A stretch of DNA of 64,000 nt. Origin: Minutocellus sp. GHC0000111 (Eukaryota). The DNA lies in NCBI GenBank assembly GCA_977018835.1, contig OZ361257.1, positions 3,410,001-3,474,000 on the forward strand. The letters are read 5' to 3'. Numbering within the stretch: position 1 is the first letter of the stretch; every line of letters begins with the position of its first letter. The notes under the pieces are model-generated. The model was given only the letters and a program-made list of their open reading frames with translations. It had not been told where the DNA came from and did no database searches. Shown in pieces: positions 24,901 through 34,800 of the stretch. The position numbers were made by a program, and so were the translations under genes.

Positions 24901-26625
24901 CGGCAATCAAAATCCTCCAGATACTTCTTTCGATTCGATTCCGAGCGGTAGCACAAAGCCAAGAGCGCCCGACAATGATAGTCGATGTTGCTGAAGACAA
25001 ACTCGGTTTTACAAAAAAAATTTCATTTGGTACGATCGTCGAAAAAAAGAATACATGGGACTCTTCCGAAACCGCTTGAAGAGCTTCACCATGCCACACT
25101 CATGGAAGCAGCGGCGAGGATGCACCTCCTCAATGCCCCATGGCACCATCACCGTCGTATTTTTCATCACAAGAGTATCAACTCGCGATCCAAACCAAGA
25201 ATGAATAAAATTGTGGACGCACATCTCCTTTGCCAGTTTCATTTCCAAAAAGGTGTGAGAATGCACATAATGCAAGGGTCTGTTGTAAACCTTCCCATCC
25301 ACATTGATCTCCTTTGCATGCTCTGCCGCTTTTGTGAACGATTCTTTTCCAATGCCAAGCAGTTTCGTCAAATACTTGGTCAGCTCGGTCGTTACCTCCT
25401 GCCCGAAAAGAGCTGCCGTGGCCAGAAAGTTGAAGCCACTTTGAATCAAGGCCGACCGCTTTCCAGTATGCCCCTTCTTGTGGCAAAAGAGTCGCAACGC
25501 CTCGACAAGCTGGAAAGCCATACGAACCTCCACCGTATCGATCGCATCCTTCGCTACTGCGACTCGGCCGTTCTCGGGGAGGCGTTTCATTGCATACCGA
25601 ACGATGTCTTTTGCGTTACCCAAAGATTGGTTGGAAAGAAAGTAAAGATTCTCCTCCAGCTGGGCGGAGAGAGCTTGAAGAGTCGAGTATCCAAGCTTTT
25701 TGTAGTCGCTAATGTCGTCTTTCCACTCAAGCTTTTGCACTTTCTGCCGTTTCTGCCGTTTCGACGATTCAGAGGGAGAGGACAATGTCGATGTCGATTG
25801 ATCATCGCATGATCGCTTGTCGTGCCCAAAGTAGCCAGCATATGATGCATAAGACGGCGAAGGTACGGCGGCAGTGTCGTATGATGACCTCTGCTGCTCA
25901 AAGTAGTTGATGCTCGGCAGCTGCTCCTGGTACCAAGGGACTTGTTGGGCGAAATGATACGACGACGGCAACGGCGAGGGCGGAAATTGTGGCACATGAT
26001 GTGTGCCAAAGTTGGAAGCGGGGGTGCCTAAGTTTTGTCCCCCGTACTGGAAAGAAGAGAACGGCATTTACTTATGCACCTCTGTCAGAATATAGGGGAA
26101 TAAGAGTCAGCCTTCGAGGGATGGCTGAGAGGCGCGACGAAGAATGTGCCGTTTGAACGCAAAGTTCTCGTTGGGATGAAAATAACCCGGATTCGGATCG
26201 AAAAGATGCTCCCGAGGGGTTCTCGAACGCGAAAAGAAGCGGAGAACTTTTGGTACCGAATCGGCGGCGAACAAGCAATGTGAAGCAACGAGCCGAAGAC
26301 GAAGATGAAGAAGCAGGGAGAGATCCGGGGGTGAAAGGGCCGCTGTGAGTTGTGAGTTGATGTCGAGCAACGAAGAAAGACACTCGACTCACGTTGTTTT
26401 TTTCCGTTTTATGAACTGCGTGCTGAAAGACCTCGAACGCTCAACACGGCACATCACGTGCGCACTTTCACATGCTGCGCGCCGGCCGGCCAGGAACGTG
26501 CCAGATATCTGACACATCTGCTCTATGTTTTATGATTTCTTACTTGTTTCTACTTTGATCCGGGTGTCTTACAAGAGTGTCCGGCTTCAGAAGACATTTT
26601 TGGAAAATTTCGGAAAAAGGCCAAG
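21948..26625 (-). mobile_element. Decayed cut-and-paste DNA transposon, Sola2-like, bounded by 26-bp imperfect inverted repeats
   Basis: CCTGGCCTGTTTCCGAAATTTTCCAA (21948-21973) versus TTGGAAAATTTCGGAAAAAGGCCAAG (26600-26625) match 24/26 as an inverted pair and enclose fragmented transposase-like ORFs. No target-site duplication seen. Confidence 0.55.
22819..26067 (-). pseudogene. Frameshifted DDD-type transposase-like gene
   Basis: Consecutive minus-strand fragments carry a Cys cluster (CC...WECARHECDSCG), YVDFSAT, IWADNCPGQF, FKNIVDNIGK and C-terminal PCACSIC, in the order I recall for Sola2-like transposases. Frameshifts near 25000 and in an (ATTTG)n repeat near 23310. Confidence 0.55.
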
Positions 26626-27116
26626 ATGTGCGAATATCTCAACTAATATTCGGAATTGGAATTTCAGACTTTCGAACCCAGGTGTAACTTTGTAAGATCT
26701 ATTCAAAACGATTTCGCATGGCTTAAGAGCTCCATTATTGAAAAGTCGAATTTCCCAGGAGGATTTACTCCTGTTTTTTTATGCTTCCGGGTCCTAGTAG
26801 ATGAGCGTATCTTTCCGGGTGTCCAATCCAATCTGCCAAAGGTTCCAATCCCACTGCTGCTGCTGCTGCTATTTGCTCCTCGTAACCAACAAGAATAAGA
26901 ACTTCCCTCCCACAGAGCTCCCAACAAGCTGCCAATCAATATCTGGATCATCAGGCGCACACTCATTGGTCTCTACCTTTCTCGATTCGGATCTATTCGA
27001 ATTCCTACACTACGATCACGACGCGAACAAGCACGATCGAGCGAAGAATTCCATCATTTATTTGCTCGCACGCAATACACAATGATTGGAAAGACTTCGG
27101 TACTGAGAAAAAGCAA

Positions 27117-29321
27117 ATGGCGGCTGTGCGGTTGGCAACGCGTGGGTCGCGCGTCATTGCTGCCACCGGCGGCGCGGGGGTGCTCCTGATCGGCATTGCT
27201 GCTGCGACTTTCAAGGATGAAAACAACCCCGCAGAACATTTATCCGATGAAGGCAAACGCACGAAACGAGGTATACGAGTTCGTAAGTAGGTTATCCGAT
27301 CCCGCAGGCAAACGCACAAACCGAGGCATAGGGAGGACAAAGGTCGATTACCCCCAGCAGATTCAGGGATTGGAGATCCCAAACCTCGCATTCAAGCTGG
27401 ATAGTAGCCAAAGGATGTGTCAGTGCGAAGCAAGCAGCAGTACTACTTATAGTAGTACCAGAAAGGCATCACCAACGGCGACCCGAGATCTGACTCGTCG
27501 GTTGACACTTCGTCGCATGAATTCTGCTGCAACCGGGAAGAACGTCGAGTCACTCTACGACATCGATGTAGAACCGCTGGGCGTCGGGGCCTACGGAGAA
27601 GTGTACTACGCCAGAGATAAACGAACAGGTCGAGGAGTCGCTGTCAAGCGCATATCCAAGGAATACACTGACGAATTGGAGTTCCAGCGCGAGATGAATG
27701 CCCTGCTGCACATTCGTGCCTGCGGTGGACATCCCAACATATGCCAACTCCGCGAAAACTTTGAGGAAGCCAATGACTTCATTTTGATCTTGGATTTGAT
27801 TGAAGGCGGAGAAATGTTTGAGTTCTTGATTGACAATGGAGCATATTCGGAATATGAAGCGGCCAGATTGATCCGAGAGGTTGCTTCTGCTCTCTCCTTT
27901 TTGCATGGAATTGGATTGGTACACGCTGACCTCAAGCCTGAGAATTTAATGCTGACGTCCAAAAACAAAGACGAAGCGACAATAAAGTTGGTTGACTTTG
28001 GATGTGCTGGTGAGTTTTGTTCCCATGTTTCGTTGCTTTCTTGATGTAATTCATCCGTGCTCATTCATTTTCATTCGGGTTCAATTTGATTCGATGCAAC
28101 TTCGCACAACCAGAACTCGTCCCAGAGTATTGGGGAGATGGCCCTCCCCTCGATGGCGGTGACGGATCTGACGAAGAAGCAATTCAGCTTGCTCTCCTTC
28201 AACCAGCCCGAATGATCCGTCCCGGGAGAGCCGGTGGAACCACTTCTGCATATTGCCCACCTGAATCATTTGATTCTGATGACGGCGCCCCTATTTCACC
28301 CTCTATGGACTGTTGGAGTCTTGGCGTTATCCTCTATATAATGCTGGTTGGTCTCCATCCTTTTGATCTGGATTCCAATTTAACGGATGAGGAAATCGAG
28401 GTGCACATCAAGGCACAACGTACTCCTCCTCTATATGGGTCGCCTTATACGGCCCATCTGTCTCCGTCTGCCATTGACTTGCTTTCAAAACTCATGGCAG
28501 ACGATCCAAAGAAAAGATTATCAGCACACGAGATGCTTGAGCATCCCTGGGTTAAGGGAGAAACAGCAAGGCGCGATGTAATCGAGGGTCTCGACGAAAA
28601 ACTGTCAAAATTGCGACGCTTTCAGAGCAAAGTCGAGGCAAAAGTTTTCCATAATCTCATCAACTGGTCCGATGACGATGAGCGGAATGATCCCAGTCAT
28701 AAGGGCAAGTCCTTGTTGGAGAAGGCGTTTTCATCTCTGGATGAGAGTGGTAAGGGATTTGTTACTATGGATGATGTCGCTCGATATGTTGGAGCTACGA
28801 TCACAGATGATGAAGGTGGTGTCGAATCCACAGCAGCCGATGCATCTGCAGCAGATTCCATCAATTTGTCAGGTTTTACTGATTTGGTCGGAGAGCACAT
28901 GCAGAGCAAATATTTCCCCAGAGGCCACGTGATTTTTCATGAAGGCGACGAAGGGGACTACATGTACTTTATCAATAGCGGCACAGTGGAGGTGTCTACA
29001 AAGGATGGCTTCCGTGCGAAGTTGGGCCAGGGCGACAGCTTTGGTGAGGGTAGTTTATTGCGCCCCGGCGTTAGAAGATCAGCGACGTTGCGCTGCACAA
29101 CTCCTGTGCATGTTATCCAGGTGGACAAGGAGTACTTTAAGAAATATCTGAGCACCAAAATGGCTCTGAGGCTGCGAGAGAAGATCAACACGCGTAGCTT
29201 TGGTCGCGTAGAATTCATCCTATCCGAACAACCAGGACTGGAAAGAGTCGACTTTGAGCAGGGAGACATACTTTTCAACATTGGCGATGAAGCCGATGAA
29301 TTTTTCATTCTCAATGAAGGG
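27117..29321 (+). pseudogene. 3'-truncated copy of the Ca2+/cNMP-regulated Ser/Thr kinase; intron 28010-28113
   Basis: LGVGAYGEV, VAVK, HADLKPEN, DFG, EF-hand and cNMP domain. Nearly identical to the minus copy over 27325-29321, then switches to TTAGGG repeats. Has a 9-bp deletion (SGD) relative to the other copy. Confidence 0.85.
27325..29321. repeat. ~2 kb inverted duplication, partner 61477-63482
   Basis: Shadow ORFs in the track are nearly identical. Differences I found: a 9-bp indel, GTT/GCC (V/A) and CCA/CCG. Confidence 0.95.
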
Positions 29322-29335
29322 TTAGGGTTAGGGTT
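29318..29335 (+). repeat. Interstitial telomeric repeat AGGG-TTAGGG-TTAGGG-TT
   Basis: Directly visible; starts where identity to the minus kinase copy ends. Confidence 0.8.
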
Positions 29336-29591
29336 CGTAAGCACGTAATAAAATTTCTTTGTTATTATATCGTCCATTAAAATATCATTAGATTGCTTGG
29401 CTGCAGCTTCTAGACTACTATACATTGGTGCCTGTCATAGCACCAAAAAGCCGCGCTCACAGCATACAAGTGCTGTCTGTCTATAGGCCTAGCTGAGTTA
29501 TTTGTTCCTTGTTTGGTTTCAATGTGTAAGTTCGAGTATGTAATTCGTGTGAAAGAGAAGGTTTGGATAGTTGTTTACCCCGACCTGACTT

Positions 29592-30254
29592 TTATACATC
29601 ATCTCTGGACTCCACTTGGGGGTCGTACCTGGAGTCATCATTATGATTCCCATGCATCATTGCTCTGCAGATGGCATAGTCCGTGGCATCGTCGTTCGAG
29701 AAGAAGCTTCCAGTGCTGAGATCGTCGATTGATCTGGTCGGCGGTGCCACCCGGCCAAAGGCTTCGTCGAGGCGCCTTCCACCGGACAGGATGGAAGCCC
29801 CAGCCTCGGATATCGAGGAGAAGGAACCCGTTCCTTGCACTCCACCCTGTTGTTGGTCATCGGGCAACCCTTCCAGCATGATGCTGGTGGGCTTCCTTCG
29901 GTACCGACGTTCTGAACTCGACACCTCCCGGGCCTCTCGGGCTTCAATGTATGTCATCTTCCCCTCTCTACCGCGACCTCTTCCCGTGGATGCGATGGAA
30001 TTATCACCATCGGACACTGCCAGGGCCAGGCTCTTCTTCGAATTGTGTACTCCACCGTTGACATCTTGTTCGGCAAACTCCATGACGCCGCAGCACCCTC
30101 CGGTTGGTACGTTGCCCATATTTAATGATTTGTTTTGTGCTGAGCTAAGGCGCTTGCGATCGAAGATGGAAATGCTTTTGCGGTAGCTGTCTGAAGGGAG
30201 GGACAATGTGTGGCGTTTCCTATCAGCTTGTTCTCTGAAGCTTTCCAAGATCAA
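29592..30254 (-). CDS. Hypothetical ORF inside the element
   Basis: 220-aa open frame (first ATG at MGNVPTGG), low complexity, no domain seen. Confidence 0.3.
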   Translation of the reverse strand: MILESFREQADRKRHTLSLPSDSYRKSISIFDRKRLSSAQNKSLNMGNVPTGGCCGVMEFAEQDVNGGVHNSKKSLALAVSDGDNSIASTGRGRGREGKMTYIEAREAREVSSSERRYRRKPTSIMLEGLPDDQQQGGVQGTGSFSSISEAGASILSGGRRLDEAFGRVAPPTRSIDDLSTGSFFSNDDATDYAICRAMMHGNHNDDSRYDPQVESRDDV

Positions 30255-30831
30255 CGCAGGAAGATAATTCTATTTGGTAGAGAAGCAACTCAACTGATGA
30301 TCAACAATCGGATGAGCTATCTATTGTGGTGGACGGTCTTGAGTCGGATCCAGTGGGTCTTAGGGGTTGAACCTCTCTCTTAGCAAAGTTTGACCAAGAC
30401 CAACGTATTCTGCTCCAATTGTTCGCCTAATGCAAGTCGCGTTGGAATTGAGCATAAGGGCGAGACTCCTTTATTCCGCGCCTCTTCGCATCGGTTGGGC
30501 GATTTGATGTCGTCCTTTTTGGAATGGAATGAACTCCGGGTTCTTTGGAGATATGACGAGTGGTGCTCCCGCGTCGGGGTGGTTTTGGTGAGGAAATGTG
30601 CGCGGCACCAGGGGGGACCATCTGGTGCTTGTCGTGCGTACCTAGGTACATGTACATGTATTCTGCGAGTTGTTATCGCTCTTGGGTTGGGTTCTTGCGT
30701 TTATCATGTTGTTGGTGCAGATGTCCCGGGCGGCCTCTAATGTGATGATCGCAGTGATTTATCTTTGTTGTTAGTTAGTTTATACGGAGCGTTGCCCCGG
30801 CACTTCGTGCTATTAGCTTTGGTGTGTTTGT

Positions 30832-31749
30832 GTGCCATCCTTTATGCGTAGGTCGAGCATCTCCAGTCAGGGCTCATCCTCTTCAACGGGGGCGAGCATT
30901 GAGCTTTCTCGGTTCGTTAACGGGCCATCATTTATTGGGCGTGAGCTGGCTCGGCGCATCGTGTTGATGTCCACTATACTTGGTCCTGGTAGTGACGGCG
31001 CTGCTGAGAATGACGCTTGGTCTGGCGTGGTTATGTCCCTTCTCGGTCATTCTTGTACAGTCCGATTTTTTCGTTGGGTGGAGAGCACTTATGTTCCTCA
31101 GTATTTATCATCAGCGTATTCCGGTCTCAGGAGCAGACAATTGGAAGCCGATGGCACGATGAGGAGTATGATGTCCATGTCTTCTTTGTCGGCTGCTTGT
31201 AGGGATTTATTCTACATTCGCCAGCTTCTTTGTGAAATATTTGTTCTTTTCTTTCGCGTCTCCGAGCGTGGCAGGGTCGTCGAGCGGTATGCTGATGACA
31301 TCCAGTGGGGCATGGTGTCAGCTCTTGTGTCCTCGTCGAGATATCATCGGTACTTGTTTGATCACCGCCTCATGGAGTACGTTGGTTGTCTTCACTTTCG
31401 TAGTGATCCATTCGGATCTCGAGTTTTACTGCGAGGAAGCACATTCTTGCATTTTATCTGTCGCCAGAATCATGAGTATCTTCCTCGTGTAATATCAGAA
31501 TATCACCGTTTTAATGTTCAATTTGGTGGTGATATTCACGCTCGGCAGAGGCATCACAAGTATGGTTCTCCTGCTCATCATTTTCGTAGATTCCATGATA
31601 TTCACACTCATGGGAATCACAGCGACATGTTTGCATCTGGATCATCGACCTTCGAACTGTTGCGGGAATTATTCAGGGGCGGTGAGGCTTTAATAGGTCT
31701 ATATATGACGGGGATGATTATGGTCAGGTTTAGCATGCTGCATAAGTGA
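30832..31749 (+). CDS. Hypothetical protein inside the element
   Basis: 305-aa open frame in T-rich DNA with a His-rich C-terminal part; converges with the large minus gene on an AT-rich spacer (31750-31861). Confidence 0.5.
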   Translation: MPSFMRRSSISSQGSSSSTGASIELSRFVNGPSFIGRELARRIVLMSTILGPGSDGAAENDAWSGVVMSLLGHSCTVRFFRWVESTYVPQYLSSAYSGLRSRQLEADGTMRSMMSMSSLSAACRDLFYIRQLLCEIFVLFFRVSERGRVVERYADDIQWGMVSALVSSSRYHRYLFDHRLMEYVGCLHFRSDPFGSRVLLRGSTFLHFICRQNHEYLPRVISEYHRFNVQFGGDIHARQRHHKYGSPAHHFRRFHDIHTHGNHSDMFASGSSTFELLRELFRGGEALIGLYMTGMIMVRFSMLHK

Positions 31750-31861
31750 GTGTGGTCTTCATCTCTCCGTTTTATGTGCACGTGCTATGTTCATCTTAGG
31801 GTGGTATTTTATTGGGCACGTGCTCATATATAATATATATAATTATTTCTCTAATATGTAA

Positions 31862-34800
31862 TCATATACCTGAAGGACTATCTTCATCACCATTGGATTT
31901 TGCCTCTTCATTGTTCAGATCATTTCCAAGATTTCGATTTTGTACAGGGGAAGCATGATCTCCATTTTGATCTTGGACAGCAATATCACTAGTCCCAGCT
32001 GAAGTTGGTGTTTGGGACGAGTCCTGCGTTTCATACATTCCTAGCTCCGAGAAGGAGTGGGGAGTCACCATTTTGACTCTGGGCGACTTGATCCTTTTTG
32101 CTGTGGCGTTGAGGTCCTTTGCCAACGCTCTTCTCCATTTGTTTAGGTGGGTGAGGATTGTCACCACGTCGTTGGGATTTTCTTGGACTAACTTTTTCAG
32201 GTCGCTCTTACTAAGTTTCCTGAACGGATCATGTCTCAGATCCTCGGCAGCAGCGGTCATCACCCCGACGGTCACGTCTTTGATCGTATCCTTTTCTTCC
32301 ATTTTCCTACGGTTGCTGTGGGGATTTGCATCACCATCACGGAGTGCTTTGGCGTACCTTATAACTTGTTGCATTTTGGGACTATGGCTAGTATCACGGG
32401 CCGGTGGCGACTCTTGAGCGGCATCACCTGCGACTACTTCCTCATTTTGTCGCGGTGATGACTTCATTCTTTTTGCTCGTCTTGACTGGTCTTGGCCCCC
32501 GACTTGTTCCTCGGAATTATCTTGATTCTCATTCGCGTCGTCAGCATTTTGCCTTGCACTGTTATCTGCATTGGTTGGTTTTGTTGTTAATTTTGACGTT
32601 GGTGTAGGCGATCGTCGTCGTTTGGCTGCTGTCGATTGGAAAATAGAAATATTAAATTTGAGTAAGGGATACCAGGAAAGAGCAATTATCGAAGAATACC
32701 ACGGGGTATTCAAAAGGAAGAGGCGAGCTTCAATTATTCATATCGTACCTTTTGACCCTGGATCTTTGGCTTTCCATAATCGTTGAGCAAGATTGGGATC
32801 ATTCTTGTCCTCCTCAGCGGGCTCGTCAATTAGCAGTCTCACCATGGCTGCGAATCGGAATTCTTTCCTGAGGTACAATATCTCGTCACTTGTTGACTTG
32901 AATCCAACAATGCAAGTTTTATCGTCGAGGTCGGTGTCCGTTGGAATCTGATCTCGTCTCATCGTTGACGACGAGAAGAGGAACCAATCGTCTTCGTTCT
33001 TGAGATCCTTGATTCTCTTCTTCATTGCGTCGCTCTGCAGATATCCTGCGTCTAGTGCTTCCCTCAGCACGGAGACGTATGTAGCCATTGCTAATGATAG
33101 CACGTCCGTTGGGGGAGAATTCGATCTGGACGTCCACTCTGTCCTGTTCTTGTAGGCTGTGGCAAGGATCGTATCTGTCATGTGATCTCTTTTCTCGGCC
33201 GATGCTTCGTTGTGACGATCATTCTGATAAGCTCGATATCCCAGCACTAATACCGATTTCTCTGCCGACCAGTTTGAGACCTCAACCGTCGTGAATCCTT
33301 TGGTCGCCAGGGCAACTTCGGTGAATTCCTTGGTTATTTCTGACAGAGCATTGTAGAAGATGTGATTCCTGATGGCCTCCAATTTATATGTCGGCAGATT
33401 ATCGAGGGTGCTGTCGATCACTCCCTTGAGCTTCTTTGTTCCTCTTGCGCCTTTGCTCTGTTTCCCGGCGATAGTTGATGCCACGTTCCGCAGAAACGCC
33501 CATATAAGTTCAAGCTTGTTGTACGAAGCCATCTTTGGATCCTGAGAAAGTGCCATTTGGAAGGTGATGAGGGCGGAGGGGTTGAGGGCCATCATCGATG
33601 CAAGATCAAGTGTTCCTCTGATTTCTTTGGTCAGCGTGAAGGTGCTCTTTTGCTTCGGGGCCTCGAATTTGTGAACTCCATACGATATTCTGTGACCAAT
33701 TGCGTTATGGAATTTGGCGTCGTCATCACAGTCGGGATCCTTTTGATATCCTCGAGCCAGAAGCTTGATCTGCGCTACCACCATTTCGAGTTTCTTTTCT
33801 GGCGTTACTTCATCGCCATTTGTCTTTACCTTCGAGATTTCTTCTCTTCCCCAGAGCGAGGTCGCAGTTAGATTCTTTGCGAGGGCGAAAGCCGCTGCCC
33901 CCCTAACGGACATGAGTGTTCCTTCGAGAGTACCACCACTCTCCATGAGACATGATTCTACGGTGTGATGCTTAATTTCCTTGGCCTGGCTGGCAGCATT
34001 GAGATCTTTGAGCATGTTGCTGAGTTGCGAGAAATTGGTTTGTCCCGATGATTGCTGAGCAGCACGAGCATTAAGGTCACTGACTGCTCTGAGGTGGTCT
34101 ACATCTCGTGTGAAATGAAGAACCGTGACATTGACCTTGTCGAGGATCTGTGAATCAGCGTGCAACACGTTGGATCCTTGATTATGGTAGCATTCCATTT
34201 GCTTCCGCAGCGTCGGGTTGGTCACGTCAAAGGAGCGATTGCTATCATCACCATATGGCAAACCGAATGTTTTCATCCACGATGCGAGACCACGGTGCTG
34301 GCCATCAATGTTGCAACCAATAAAATTGTAACTCATTGACGTTGGAAAGGTTGATCCGAGACGACGGCGAGACAAGTAAATCACCATGTCATACCGCGCC
34401 CGCAAGACATAGTGAGTTCTTTTCATCCCTGTATATCGGTCCAAGTCTCGAAGAAGAGGTTCCCTATGCGCAAAGAGAGGAAATATTCGTGAGTGTTCAA
34501 ATTCTGTTTGAATACCTCTTGGTATTTAACCAAAAAATAAAAATCAGCACTTACCCTTCGATCTCACTATTCTTGTCCTTCTCTATGAATGATTCGATGC
34601 TCGCAATGTCTTTTGCCAAGCCTTCGGCAATTTTTGAGCACTCGTCATGATAATCCTGGTTCCAATTCTCCTCTATTCTTCCCTTTTCAATAGTTTCCTG
34701 GATGTATTTATCGGCTTCTTCATAGCTTCCTGCTGACAGCATGACATAATACAGTACCTTGGGTCCTGAACACTCGACCACGTGCCGCTTTACTGTTGAC

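Noticed and set aside
24985..25812. 275-aa plus-strand ORF
   Set aside because: Shadow of the minus-strand transposase fragment.
27325..29321. Kinase duplicate as a pure assembly artefact
   Set aside because: The copies differ by an in-frame 9-bp indel and several substitutions and have distinct junctions; unlikely, though not excluded without reads.
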